The translations under genes and the position numbers were made by a program. A model generated the notes under the pieces. The model was given only the letters and a program-made list of their open reading frames with translations. It searched no databases and was not told where the DNA came from. Shown one piece after another: positions 48,206 to 61,400 of a stretch of 64,000 nt of DNA (position 1 is the first letter of the stretch; each line of letters starts with the position of its first letter). The DNA is from Narcine bancroftii (Eukaryota). The stretch is from the NCBI RefSeq assembly GCF_036971445.1, contig NC_091469.1:249674001-249738000 (forward strand), in the 5' to 3' direction.

Positions 48206-51133
48206 CTAGTCCCACCTCCCTGCACAATGCCCATAACCCTCCATCTTCTTCTCATCCATATACCTGTCCAACCTTTTCTTAAATAATACAATTGACTCCG
48301 CCGCCACTATTTCTCCCGGAAGATCATTCCACACAGCTACCACTCTCTGAGTAAAGAAGTTCCCCCTCATGTTACCTCTAAACCTCTGCCCCTTAATTCT
48401 TAACTCATGTCCTCTTGTTTTAAACTTTCCTCCTCTTAACGGAAATAGTCTATCCACATCCATTCTGTCTATCCCTTTCATAATCTTAAATACTTCTATC
48501 AAATCCCCTCTCAACCTTCTACGCTCCAAAGAATAAAGACCCAATCTGTCCAATCTCTCCCCATACTCCAGATGCTTAAACCCAGGCAACATTCTGGTAA
48601 ACCTTCTCTGCACTCTCTCCACTCTGTTTATATCCTTCCTATAATTAGGCGACCAGAACTGCACACAGAACTCCAAATTAGGCCGCACCAACGTCTTATA
48701 CAATCTCAACATCACCTCCCAACTCCTATATTCCATGCAATGATTGATAAAGCCCAGCATACTAAAAGCCTTCTTCACCACCCTATTCACGTGAATTTCT
48801 ACCTTCAGGGAACGATGTACCGTTACTCCTAAATCTTTTTGCTCTTCTGTATTCCTCAATGCTCTCCCATTTACCACATATGTCCTATTCTGATTCTTCT
48901 TACCAAAATGAAGCACCTCACACTTATCAGCATTAAATTCCATCTGCCATTTTTCAGCCCACTTTTCTAAGCAGCCCAAATCCCTCTGCAATCCTTGAAA
49001 ACCTTCTTCATTATCCACTATTCCACCTATCTTAGTATCGTCTGCATATTTACTAATCCAATTCACCACCCCATCATCTAGATCATTAATGTATATAACG
49101 AACAACAATGGGTCCAATACAGATCCTTGAGGCACACCACTGGTCACCGGCCTCCAACCTGACAGACAATTATCCACTACCACTCTCTGGCCTCTCCCTT
49201 TCAGCCAATGTTCAATCCATTTGACTATCTTAAAATTTATACCTAAAGACTGCACCTTCCTAACATGTGGTACCTTATCGAAGGCCTTACTGAAGTCCAT
49301 ATAGACAACATCCACTGCGCTACCCTCATCCACATTCCTAGTCACCTCTTCAAAAAATTCAATCAGATTGGTCAAACATGACCTTCCTCCCACAAATCCA
49401 TGTTGAGTGCTCCTGATCAGACCCTGTCTATCCAGATGTTTATAAGTACTATCTCTAAGAATTTTCTCCATTAATTTACCTACCACAGATGTCAAACTTA
49501 CAGGCCGATAGTTGCCAGGCTTCCTCCTTGAACCCTTTTTAAATAACGGAATCACAGGCGCAATGCGCCAATCCTCCGGCACTATCCCCATATCTAATGA
49601 CATTTGGAAAATTACCGCCAGAGCCTCTGCTATTTCCTCCTTCACTTCTCTCAATGTCCTGGGTAAGATCCCGTCTGGTCCCGGAGACTTATCCACCTTT
49701 ATATTTTTCAAAAGCCTTAAAACTACACCTTTTGTAATCTCTATATTCCCCATATTTACCCAATTTGCTTTTTTTATTTCACATCTCCCAATATCCTTCT
49801 CCTTAGTGAATACCGAAGAAAAGAAACTGTTCAATATCTCCCCCATTTCTCTAGGCTCCACACACAGTTTTCCGCTCTGATTTTCTAAGGGACCAATTTT
49901 GTCTCTAGCTTTTCTCTTACCATTAACATATTTGTAGAACTCTTTTGGATTAGTTTTCACCCTGCTTGCCATAGTTTTCTCGTACCTTCTTTTAGCTTTC
50001 CTAATTCCTCTCTTAAGATTCCTCTTACATTCAATGTATCTTTCAAACATCTCCTTAACTCCATGCTTCTTATATCTAATGTACGCCTCCCTTTTTCTTC
50101 GAACCAAGTTTCCAATATTCCTTGAAAACCACGGCTCTCTCAAACCTTTTGCCCCTCCTTTTAACCTAACAGGAACATAAAGCTTTTGCACTCTCAAAAT
50201 CTGATCTTTAAAAGACTTCCATCTCTCTACTACATCCTGCCCATAAAACAAATTGTCCCAATACACACCCTGCAAGTCCTTTCGCATCTCCTCAAATCTA
50301 GCTTTTCCCCAATCAAAAACCTCAATCCTTGGCCCTGATTTCTCTCTTTCCATAATGACATTGAAGCTGATGGCATTATGATCACTGGACCCGAAGTGCT
50401 CGCCAACACTAACCTCCGTCACTTGACCCATCCCATTTGCCAACAGTAGATCTAACACTGCTCCTTCTCTGGTCGGCACCTCTACATATTGTTGTAAAAA
50501 ACTATCTTGCACACATTTCACAAACTCTAACCCATCCAGTCCTTTCACAGAATGTGTTTCCCAATCTATATGTGGAAAATTAAAATCTCCCATAATTACA
50601 ACCCTGTGCTTATCACAAATATCTACTATCTCCCTACAGATTTGCTCCTCTAGGTCTCGGTCCCCTCCGGGTGGTCTATAATACACCCCTACAAGTGTAA
50701 CCTCTCCTTTCCTGCTCCTCAGTTCCACCCAAATAGCCTCCGTGGATGTGCCCTCTAATCTATCCTTCCTAGGCACCGCTGTAATATTCTCCCTGTCAAG
50801 CAATGCAACCCCACCTCCTCTTGCCCCTCCGACTCTATCACACCTAAAACAACGAAACCCAGGGATATTCAGTTGCCAATCACATCCCTCCTGCAACCAT
50901 GTCTCACTAATCGCTACCACATCATACTTCCAACTATCAATCCACACCTTCAGCTCATCCACCTTTTTTACAATACTCCTGGCATTAAAATATATGAATT
51001 TCAGAGATTTCCCAATTTTTAATCCCTGTTTTCCCTCATCTTTAATAACAACATTATTTACTTTTCCTGCCAATTGCCCTTCATCTTCTTCCAGAGCATT
51101 TCCCTTCTCTATCACCTGCCCATCCATATTCAA
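48206..51133 (-). CDS. CR1 ORF2: APE endonuclease plus reverse transcriptase
   Basis: 975-aa open frame: NARS, ISETWL, MGDFN, SSDH, KSPGPDG, YRPVSLTS, DFSKAFD, GVPQGS, YADD. Confidence 0.95.
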   Translation of the reverse strand: MNMDGQVIEKGNALEEDEGQLAGKVNNVVIKDEGKQGLKIGKSLKFIYFNARSIVKKVDELKVWIDSWKYDVVAISETWLQEGCDWQLNIPGFRCFRCDRVGGARGGGVALLDRENITAVPRKDRLEGTSTEAIWVELRSRKGEVTLVGVYYRPPGGDRDLEEQICREIVDICDKHRVVIMGDFNFPHIDWETHSVKGLDGLEFVKCVQDSFLQQYVEVPTREGAVLDLLLANGMGQVTEVSVGEHFGSSDHNAISFNVIMEREKSGPRIEVFDWGKARFEEMRKDLQGVYWDNLFYGQDVVERWKSFKDQILRVQKLYVPVRLKGGAKGLREPWFSRNIGNLVRRKREAYIRYKKHGVKEMFERYIECKRNLKRGIRKAKRRYEKTMASRVKTNPKEFYKYVNGKRKARDKIGPLENQSGKLCVEPREMGEILNSFFSSVFTKEKDIGRCEIKKANWVNMGNIEITKGVVLRLLKNIKVDKSPGPDGILPRTLREVKEEIAEALAVIFQMSLDMGIVPEDWRIAPVIPLFKKGSRRKPGNYRPVSLTSVVGKLMEKILRDSTYKHLDRQGLIRSTQHGFVGGRSCLTNLIEFFEEVTRNVDEGSAVDVVYMDFSKAFDKVPHVRKVQSLGINFKIVKWIEHWLKGRGQRVVVDNCLSGWRPVTSGVPQGSVLDPLLFVIYINDLDDGVVNWISKYADDTKIGGIVDNEEGFQGLQRDLGCLEKWAEKWQMEFNADKCEVLHFGKKNQNRTYVVNGRALRNTEEQKDLGVTVHRSLKVEIHVNRVVKKAFSMLGFINHCMEYRSWEVMLRLYKTLVRPNLEFCVQFWSPNYRKDINRVERVQRRFTRMLPGFKHLEYGERLDRLGLYSLERRRLRGDLIEVFKIMKGIDRMDVDRLFPLRGGKFKTRGHELRIKGQRFRGNMRGNFFTQRVVAVWNDLPGEIVAAESIVLFKKRLDRYMDEKKMEGYGHCAGRWD

Positions 51134-51212
51134 ATACTTACTACAAACTTTGTTTGCATTCTAACCTTCTCCTTACTGCTCTGTACTATTTTGTTCCCTC
51201 CCCCCAACCATT

Positions 51213-51748
51213 CTAGTTTAAAGGATCCTGAGTAGCCCTAGCAAATACCTCTGCCAGGATTCTGGTCCCCCTGGGATTTAAGTGTAACCCGTCCTTACTG
51301 TACAGGTCACATCTCCCCCAAAAAAGGTCCCAGTTATCCAGAAACTTAAAGCCCTGCCCCTTACTTCACCCCTTCAGCCACGTGTTAATCCTCCACCTCA
51401 TCCTATTTCTATTCACACTGTCACGTGGCACAGGGAGTAATCCAGAGATTACCCCCTTTGCGGTCCTTCTTTTTAACTCCCTACCTAACTGCCTGTACTC
51501 ACTTTTTAGGACCTCTTCTCTAATTCTCCCTATGTCATTGGTACCTACATGTACCACGACCTCTGGCTCCTGTCCCTCCCACTTTAGGATATCCGGGACA
51601 CGAGCAGCAACATCCCGGACCCTGGCACCAGGGAGGCAAACCACCATCCGGTTCTCCTTGCTGCGTCCGCAGAATCCCCTATCCGTCCTCTTAACTATGG
51701 AGTCTCCTACCACAATTGCCCTCCTCTTCCTTTCCCTCCCTTTCTGAG
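51213..51748 (-). pseudogene. CR1 ORF1 SGNH/GDSL esterase domain with one internal stop
   Basis: IVVGDSIV, LPGARV, HVGTND; reading through TGA at 51366-51368 gives ...DLYSKDGLHLNPRG. Confidence 0.88.
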
Positions 51749-52412
51749 CTAAATTTCCCATTCTAAATTAAAATGGGAAAAAGATTTGCCTATATCTATT
51801 TCTCAAGATGAATGGATGACTTTATGTGAGGGCAGTGAAACATTTTTGGAATAGAATTAAGGAATGTTTAGAAGGTTTGTTTAAATTTAAAATCTTGCTT
51901 GATCCTATGGTATTTTTATTGAGTTATATTAAGAAATTGAGTCTGGAATTAAAACTAGATAAGTTTCAAATTGATTTTTTTGAGATTGGTATTACCTGTG
52001 GCTAAAAAAATGTTTGGCAATTACTTGGAAAAATTAGACTGATTTGAGTATTCAGTGGTGGCATTTGGAAATGAGGTCTTGTATTCCATTGGAAAAAATA
52101 ATGTATAATTTATGTAATAATTATTCTTTTTTTTAATTAAAGTTTGGAGCCCGTATATGAGATATATAGGTTTGTATTTATAATAGTTTTTCTTTTCCAC
52201 AGTTGGTGGGGTTGCACCATGGCAATAACTGAAGATTATTATGTAAGTCTATTCTTTTGGGGAAGTTTAGAGGAGGGCTGGTGGGAGGGGTGGGTGGGTT
52301 AGGATTGGGCGGTGGGGGATTATATAGGGTAAAATATCATGTATTTACTTGTAATTTTATTGTATGACTTATTGTGATTAATAAATAAAATTTACAAAAA
52401 CAATATTAATTT

Positions 52413-53846
52413 TGTTACAGGCCCAGAGGACACCAAAACCCAGCAGCAATAGAAATTCAGCAACAAATTATCTTTAAATTATCTTTAAACATGAAAATAG
52501 AATCAAACTTTAACTTACTTAACCCCTTTCTAATTTTAAGCACACGTGTGTGTAATGTGTGTGTAAGTTCAGAAAAATTATTTGATTCACAGTCTAATTT
52601 CACTTCTCACTCCTCCAAGTTCTTATACTGTGCACAGAATTTAACATTTATAAAGTTCACCAGGCTTTGGTGATTTAAAGGTAAATGGTTACTACTAAGG
52701 AAGATTCTTGTCAGTTTTCAGAGAGAGATTTGTTGTTTGCTGGACCTCCACAACTGATTCCTTCTGATAAGCCACTTCAGTATCTTGATGAAGAAACTTG
52801 CCTCTTCATGGTTTTCCAGATGATAACCTCTTTCTTTCAGGTCACCACAGAGTTCCTTTTGTTTCCCTTATTTCAAGTGAAACATTAGACGGCCAGTCCT
52901 CTCCTCTTGCATGAACTACAAGGGCTTTGACCAGGCCATCTTTCCAAAACGGGACTTTCCATAAGCTTTTCAGCTTGTCCTGTTTTAGAACCAGTTGCTT
53001 CTGCTGGCTGTAATATTGTACCAGTGATCTGTGTGTGTGTGTCTCTCTCTCCCTCTGAGAGAAAGCCTGTTTGACTCTCTCTGCTTGCAAAACCACATGA
53101 TCCTCCTAGAATAACAAGGTCTCTTCCAGACAATCTGCGGCTCTAGCAAGATCTTTCATCTGTTGCCTTTTGTAAACAACAATCCACTAGTGAAGTCTCT
53201 TGAGCATTTTTCAAAGCTCTTGCAAAAGCTCTGAGGCCCTGATATGTCTAGCATGGGGCAGAGCTCCAGTAATTCAAATAAGATCTGTTTTCAAGTGTTT
53301 GTATGTGACCTAATCTAACAAACCTTTCCCAATTTATCTCCCAAAAACATATCTATATAATCTGTCACANNNNNNNNNNNNNNNNNNNNNNNNNNNNNNN
53401 NNNNNNNNNNNNNNNNNNNNNNNNNNNNNNNNNNNNNNNNNNNNNNNNNNNNNNNNNNNNNNNNNNNNNNNNNNNNNNNNNNNNNNNNNNNNNNNNNNNN
53501 NNNNNNNNNNNNNNNNNNNNNNNACCGTCTTAGAACAGCACTCTGCACTCAGACAAACTCCGGTTACACACCTGATCTTCTGAGTTCATTCATCTGTTGC
53601 TTTCCAAAGCAATAATCCACTACTCCACAGCATGTCTAATTAACACCTACTTGTGAAGTCTCTATAGGCATCCTTCAATGTTTGTGCAAAAGCACTCGGA
53701 GCCTGGATTGAGCAGAGCACTGGTATTTTAAATGAGATCTGCATTGTGAAGTATTTGTTTGTGACCTGCACTAAAAAAACCTGCCACAATTTATATCCTT
53801 AAAAATATATCTATATACAATATAAAATATTACATAATCTTTCACA
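52413..53846. mobile_element. LTR-type element spanning the assembly gap
   Basis: Starts TGTTACA, ends TTTCACA, flanked by a 4-bp direct repeat ATTT (52409-52412, 53847-53850); a related end TGTCACA sits at 53369 just before the gap. Confidence 0.6.
53370..53523. other. Assembly gap (154 N)
   Basis: Run of n. Confidence 1.
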
Positions 53847-54323
53847 ATTTAGAGACTTTTTTTATATATATGTGATCCTCCTTAAGGAATATATATACAT
53901 ATGTGGCATTGTGTTGTGAAGACAAGGAAAGCCTCGCTTTTTTCTTTTTTTCCTATATCTATTCTAATCTTTCTATTTCTTACCTTTTTTTCTTTTTGGG
54001 GTTTTGGTGGGGTAGGAGAGAAATCAAACACAATGTAGTATATATAGGATTAATATTGATATATGTATTTATAGACTTGCAATTGACTGCATCGTGGAGG
54101 AAAACTTTAAATAAAGTGCTCAATAAAGAATGGTGGGTGATTGGGAGCCAATAATCCACTAGGCTGTTTTCGCCACCCACTGGAGTGCTTTACGGTCCGA
54201 TAGGGGACAGTTGCCAACCACTCTGAGATGCCGTAGGTGAGTCTGCTCCCAATGGTACAGCAGTAAAAATCCATCAGTATCCTGGGACAAAGGGGACCTT
54301 TCTCGATGCTCTACATGAAACTA

Positions 54324-55132
54324 AAAACTCAAAACGGTCAACCAGTTTACCTATTTTGGCTGCACCATTTCATCGGATGCAAGGATCGACAACGAGATAG
54401 ACAACAGACTCGCCAAGGCAAATAGCGCCTTTGGAAGACTACACAAAAAAGTCTCGAAAAACAACCAACTGAAAAACTTCACAAAGATTAGCGTATATAG
54501 AGCCGTTGTCATACCCACACTCCTGTTCGGCTCCGAATTATGTATCCTCTACCGGCATCACTTACGGCTCCTAGAATGCTTCCACCAGCATTGTCTCCGC
54601 TCCATCCTCAACATTCATTGGAGTGACTTCATCTCCAATATCGAAGTACTCGAGATGGCAGAGGCCGACAGCATCGAATCCACGCTGCTGAAGATCAAAC
54701 TGTGCTGGGTAGGTCACATCCCCAGAATGGAGGACCATCGCCTTCCCAAGATCGTGTTATATGGCGAGCTCTCCACTGGCCACCGAGACAGAGGTGCACC
54801 AAAGAAGAGGGACAAGGACTGCCTAAAGAAATCTCGGTGCCTGCCACATTGACCACCGCCAGTGGGCTGATATCGCCTCCAACCGTTCATCTTGGCACCT
54901 CACAGTTCGGCAGGCAGTAACCTCCTTTGAAGAAGACCGCAGAGCCCACCTCATTGACAAAAGACAAAGGAGGAAAAACCCAACACCCAATCCCAACCAA
55001 CCAATTTTCCCTTGCAACCGCTGCAACCGTGTCTGCCTGTCCCGCATCGGACTTGTCAGCCACAAACGAGCCTGCAGCCGACGTGGACATTACCCCGCCA
55101 TAAATCTTCATCTGCGAAGCCAAGCCAAAGAA
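54324..55132 (+). mobile_element. RTE LINE 3' fragment (copy 4, more diverged)
   Basis: Same family sequence with a frameshift; ends GCCAAGCCAAAG. Confidence 0.9.
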
Positions 55133-56624
55133 ACATAGAAACATAGAAACATAGAAGATAGGAGCAGGAGTAGGTCATTCGACCCTTCAACGAGATCGTG
55201 GCTGATCTTAAAGTTCAGTACCCCGTCCCCACCTTCTCTCCGTAACCTTTAATACCCTTATACTGAAGAAATGTATCTAATTCCCTCTTAAATATATTTA
55301 ATGAACCTGCTTCTACTGCCCTCTGTGGCAATGAATTCCACAGATTCACCACCCTCTGAGTAAAGAAATTCCTCCTCATCTCTGTCCTAAATGGTTTGCC
55401 TATTATCCTCAAACCATGGCCCCAGGTTCTGGACTCCCCCACCATTGGAAACATCCCTTCCGCATCCATTCTGTCCAGTCCTGCCAGAATTTTATATGTC
55501 TCTATGAGATCCCCTCTCAATCTTCTAAACTCCAGCGAGTACAATCCCAATTTGCGCAATCTTTCCTCATAAGTCATTCCTGCCACTGCAGGTATCAGCC
55601 TTGTGAATCGCCTCTGCACTCCCTCCATTGCAAGAACATCCTTCCTTAGATAAGGTGACCAAAACTGCACACAATACTCCAGGTGTGGTCTCACTAAGGC
55701 CCTGTACAGCTGCAGTAAGGTATCCTTGTTCCTATACTCAAACCCTCTTGATATGAAGGCCAACATACCATTTGCTTTTTTAACCGCCTGCTGTACCTGC
55801 ATGCTCGCCTTCAGAGACTGGTGTACAAGTACCCCTAGGTCTCTCTGCACTTCCCCATCTCTTAATCTATTGCCATTCAAATAGTAATCTGCCCTCCGGT
55901 TTGTATTACCAAAGTGGATAACCTCACATTTATCCACATTGTAGTGCATTTGCCATGTATCTGCCCAGTCCCTCAATTTATCCAAATCACACTGGAGCTT
56001 CCTGACCCCCTCTTCCGTGCACACAACCCCTCCTAGCTTAGTGTCGTCTGCAAATTTGGAGATATTACATCCAATCCCCTCATCTAGATCATTAATGTAA
56101 ATTGTAAACAGCTGGGGTCCCAGTACAGATCCCTGTGGCACCCCACTGGTCACCGCCTGCCACTCAGAAAATGAGCCATTTATCCCAACTCTCTGTCTTC
56201 TCCCTGCCAGCCAGTTCTCAATCCACATCAATACTTTGCCCCCAATCCCATGAGCCTTGATTTTGTAAGCCAGTCATTTATGCGGGACCTTATCAAAGGC
56301 CTTTTGGAAGTCCAGGTACACCACATCCACTGGCTCTCCCCCATCTATTTTACCTGTCACCATCTCAAAGAATTCCAATAGATTTGTCAAGCACGATTTA
56401 CCTTTTGTAAATCCACGTTGACTCTGTCCGATCCCTTCTCTGCTAGTCATATGCTCCGCTATTACATCCTTAATAATGGATTCCATCATTTTGCCCACTA
56501 CTGATGTAAGGCTCACCGGCCTATAATTCCCCGCTTTTTCTCTACCCCCCTTTTTAAATAGTGGGGTAACATTAGCTACCCTCCAATCCATGGGTACTGA
56601 TCCTGAGTCTATCGAGTTCTGGAA
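55131..56624 (-). mobile_element. CR1 LINE, 5'-truncated (RT region), second subfamily
   Basis: ORFs 56274-56591 and 55215-56231 (YRPVSLTS, DFQKAFD, GVPQGS, FADD); (TTCTATGT)n tail abutting the RTE tail. Confidence 0.93.
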
Positions 56625-56639
56625 AAAAGAAAAGACATG

Positions 56640-58440
56640 AAATAAAGTAACTGTTGTGTTTTTTTGATCAGGATGGGTGGGGGAAAGTTTGGGGTACAGG
56701 TGAGATCATCAGAAATGTGGACACCAGCCTCCATTGATGTAGATAGGGGCACGCCTAATCTCCTTGGTCTTCTGAGCGTTAAGGGCCAGGTTATTGTCAG
56801 TGCACCATGCGGCCAGGTGCTGGACCTCATCCCTGTAGGCCGTCTCATCATCCCCTCTGATCAGGCCAACCACAGTGGTGTCGTCAGAGAACTTGATTAA
56901 GTAATTAGTCATGGGTGAAGAGGGCTCAGCACACACCCTGAGGCTCAGGGTGAGAATGGAGGAGGAGAGGTTGTCTAACTTAACAGATTGGGGTCTTTAG
57001 TCAGAAAGCCCAAGGTCCAATTGCAGAGGGATGAGATGATATCAAGTTTGGCGATTGGCTTGGAGGGAATGAGAGCATTGAATGAAGAAGTAAAGTCAAT
57101 GCACTGCATTCTGACATAAGAGTTGGGGCTGTCCATGTGGGTCAGGGCAGAGGGAAGTGCCGTGGAGATGGCAGCCTCACTTGACCTGTTTGTGCGAGAG
57201 GCAGGGTGATAGGCAAACAGGATTTCAAATGTGATAGAACCAGTCTCTCAAAGCTCTTTGCAATGACAGGGGTGAGGGCAACTGGACAGGATGGTTCGGC
57301 ACTGGCATGATGGTGGCAATCTTGGTTTGTGACGATGACTGCCTGGGCCAGGGACAGATTGCAAATGCCCGTGAAGACCCCGGCCAACGGGCCTGCACAG
57401 ACTCTGAGCACATGGCCAGGTATACCATACGGACCAGATGCCTTCTGCACATTCACCCTTATTGGTGGCGCAAACCTCTGAGATGAAAAGTGAGAGTGGC
57501 ATTTCACCAGATGGAAGATCCCCTCCTTGTTCCCTCAGTCAATGCAAGCACAGAAGTAATTGAGCTCCTCAAGGAGGGAAGCACAGCTGGAAGGGGGCAC
57601 AGGATCTGTATGCCATGCCGCACGCGCTGGGGATCCGAGGAGTTGAAATGCTCCTCAATCCTTTGTGTGTATTTAGCCGGAGAGGATCCCCTCCTCAGGT
57701 TGGCCCTGGCTGAGCTATGTCTTCCAGTCTCCAGATCTGAAGGCTAAATCTCTGTCTTTGAGCAGACGTCATATCTCCCTGTTCCTCCATGGTTTTTGAC
57801 TGGGGAAATGTTTTATTTGTTCTTGTGATGTCACTCTGTCTAGATGCTTGTTGAAGTACTTGAGGACAGTCAATTTAAATCTGAGAGTCAGTGGTAGCAA
57901 ACACACGCCAATCTGTGTGCTGGAATTGTTCCTGAAGAACAGAGTCAACACCCTTAGACTGTCCTGGGGGGAGAGTAATAGCTTTGTAAGCATCAGCCAC
58001 ATTTTTGTAGACATGATCAAAGGTTTTATTTCCTCTCATGGTACATTTTGGTAAAATCTTGGAAGTACGATACGTAGGTTGCAATGAGTAAAGTCGCTAG
58101 CCACAATAAAAGTTCTGTCTGGATGCAAGGTCTGCAGCACTGAGGTCTTTAGCATCTGGAGGTACATAAACTGTGACAGCATTGATATGTGTAAACTTGA
58201 TACTGATAAAAAGGTCTACACTTAACAATCAGGTGTCCCAGATCCACAGAGCAGTAAGTAATGGTAGAGTTATTGCACCGTGATCAATTCACATAGATGA
58301 ATAAACTACCCCTTTACTTTTACACATCACTACTGCCATTCTGTGTGCCCTTCTAGTTCCACCATGTCGCTGTTTAGCTCATCTCCATAAAAAAATGGCG
58401 TTGCAATCCATAAGCCTTCTTTGTGTGAGCATCCAAATAT
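56640..58440 (-). mobile_element. Degenerate Rex1/Babar-type LINE
   Basis: IKFSDDTTVVGLIRGDDETAYRDEVQHLAAWCTDNNLALN, PVALTPVIAKSFERLVL, endonuclease remnants. Confidence 0.8.
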
Positions 58441-58454
58441 CAAACTATCAATAA

Positions 58455-61400
58455 TGAGGAAAACTAAAGCTTAAGCAACTAAGAAAATGGCAACCAAATG
58501 GGCTACAATGTCGGATGCAACGCGGCCTACCTCACCCGTGAAGCCTGGGGACTCCATTTCTTTACAGCCCAGACCTCAGAGGCAGTCTTTCAGTAAGGCC
58601 TTCTCTACAACAGCATCAATCTCACGTACAGTCGCGCAAGGTGGCACTGGTGTGCAGTGTCGATCGACTTCGGAACAAGAAGATCAACTGCACATGCACG
58701 AACTTTCACACATGCACACAATGCCCAACAAGGCCCAGGCTGCTGGGGGAGGGGGGGGGAAACCCGATCTCCATTGGACCAGTGAACCTGGGCTGGTGTG
58801 AGGGGGGGGGGAACACATCCATACCCGCAGTCGGGTCAAATCGGCTGTTTTCCCAACAGAGCAGGAGGAAGACCTTGTCGAGCTGGAAGAGGAAGAGGAT
58901 CAATTTTTTAATAGAAGAAGAAACTGCTACATTTCAGGGTTGGCCTATGGTGAACCAGGCTACTAAGTTTGAGTCTGGCTCCCACCTGTTAGATTCACCT
59001 TCTAATCAAGATTTCTCTATTATGAAGGATCAATTTGCAGAGATGAAAGGGGAAATAGCAACAATTAAAATGGATGTGGCTAAATGTCTGAAAGCTGTGG
59101 ATAATGTTAAGGATAAATTCAAAAAGATTGAAGAAGAGTTTATTAATTGTAAAGATGATGTTGACTTTTGTAAAGAGAAGATGGGACAGATGGAAGATTC
59201 ATTTACTGGTTGGGAAATACAAAAGAGTGGTTTCTTAAAGAAGATTGGTCTTTTGGAGAACCAAAGTTGGAGGAATAATGTTAAGGTAGTTGGTTTTCCG
59301 GAGGATTTTGAGGGACCGGATCTAGTCCAGTTTTTCCAAAAGTAGATTCCAAAGGCTTTGGGACCAGCACATTTTCTGACTGAATTGGAGCTGAACAGAG
59401 CTCATCAAGCAATACGGAGGAAGCTATTCTTTGGCCTAGCACCACGGTCTATTCTGATACGTTGTTTACGTTATCAAGATAGAGAACTGATTTTGAAACT
59501 TGCGATGCAGAATGTGAGAAATAATCAGAGGGCCTTTGCTTGTTAAAAATAACAGGGTCTTTTTTAATGCTGATTTGAGACAACCGGTGATTAAAGGCCA
59601 TAAAGAATTTAATTCGGCTAAAGCTGTCTGTTGGAGGAAAGGGTATAAATTTGCCTTTCGTTACCCAACTGTGTTAAAAACATTTATGGGGATTATCAGT
59701 CTCAATTTTTTTCGGATGATGAAGAAGCTTTGGAATTTGTTCATTCATTACGTGATAATAAGCAGGGCCAAAATTCAAATAAATTTTCTCAGCAGCTTGT
59801 GGCTTCTCTGAAGGGGAAGAATGGTAAACGAGAGATGAAATCTCGGCAGATGATTGATATTGGTATTGATGATGATCAAGTTAACCGGGATTTAGAAGAA
59901 GCATTTCATACTGGAGATGAATATCTGTATTTTTTTTTTGATGTTCTGTTCAGGATGGGGTCCAACTATAGATCCTTCTGAAGTCGTCGGCCACTTTGTG
60001 GCATTTGTCACTCCCGAAAAATTGAAGGAGGTAATACCATTGGGAATTCTTTTTTTAATGGGGACATTCTTTTCTTTCTATTCTTTTTGGAGGAGAGTTT
60101 TAATTTTTTGTGTATTGATGTTGTGGGGAGGCACTTCACCATTTATGGTAGGAGGAATGAAGAATTCTTAAATGGGTCATTTAAATTTTGTTACTATTAA
60201 TGTTAACGGGCTAAATAACCCCATAAAAATAAAGAGGGTATTGGAATATCTTTAAAAATTGAAGGTTGACGTAGCTTTTTGGCAGGAAACTCATTTGACC
60301 GATAAAGAGCATCAGAAATTGAAAAGAGATTGGGTTGGGCAGGTAGTATCATCTTCTTTTAATTCTAAAGCAAGAGGGGCCATTATTTTGATTAATAATT
60401 AAACTGGAATCAGTTATTAACTTTTGATTGTTAATTGTAAAATTTTTCTGAATCTTGGACTTTCATGAATGTTTATGCCCCAAATACTGATGATAAACAA
60501 TTTATGGTGGATTCTTTTCTTAATTTGAATCAGGCTTATGATAAAATTATAGGAGGTGATTTTAATTGTTGTTTAGATCTATTACTGGATAAATTTTGAA
60601 AAATGGTAATTAGAACTAAAATGGCTAAACAGTTGATGGTGTTAATGAAGGAGTTGAATTTAGTAGATATATAGAGGATATTAAATCCTGAAAATAAAGA
60701 TTTTTCATTTTATTCAATTCAGCATGATTCCTTCTCACGAATAGATTTGTTCTTAGTGTCGGTGCAGTTGCAAGGTCGAATTATGGAAGCTGTGTATAAA
60801 CCTAGGATTTTGTCTGTTGTTGATTTCTTGTAGTGTTTCAGAGAGGATGGATAATGTGTACCGGTGATGATTTAATTCCTTCTTACTTAAAGATCCCGAG
60901 TTTTGTAAATTCATACGGGATCGCATTCAAAGTTTTTGTGAAGATAAACGTGGGTTCATTTGACAATAAATTTGTTTTGTGGGATGCTTTGAAAGCTTAT
61001 TTATGGGGACAAATCATTAGTTATATAGTTAAAGTTAAGAAATGGCAAAAGACTGAAGCTGATAAGTTGGAGAAGGAGATTGAAGTTCTGGAGAAAGATT
61101 TACAATGTGGTTCAATGGAAGATAAAACAAAATATACAATTAGTTAATTGAAAATTTCAGTATAATTCGTTACAAATTTATAAATATGAAAGGCTTTTAC
61201 AGAGGATTAAACAATGGTATTATGAGTTAGGGGAGAGAGCCCATAAGGTCTTAGTATGGCAATTGAAAACAGAACAGGCATCTAGGACAATAAATGCTAT
61301 TCGATATCAGTCAAAAATTACATAAACTTCAAGAAATTAATGATGAGTTTTGTAGATTTTTGAGAAGTTGTACACATCTGAGGTAGGGCAGGATATGGTA

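Larger units (their letters stand above)
48125..51748 (-). mobile_element. Young CR1 LINE, 5'-truncated within ORF1
   Basis: (TTATG)n 3' tail at 48125-48143, open ORF2, partial ORF1. Confidence 0.95.
46600..52400 (+). mobile_element. Old L1 (ORF2 3' half), split by RTE and CR1 insertions
   Basis: LFADDVL (46693), LNYLPLL...WKDLPITLIG, resumes at ~51750, ends AATAAA plus A-rich tail at 52380-52400. Confidence 0.8.
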
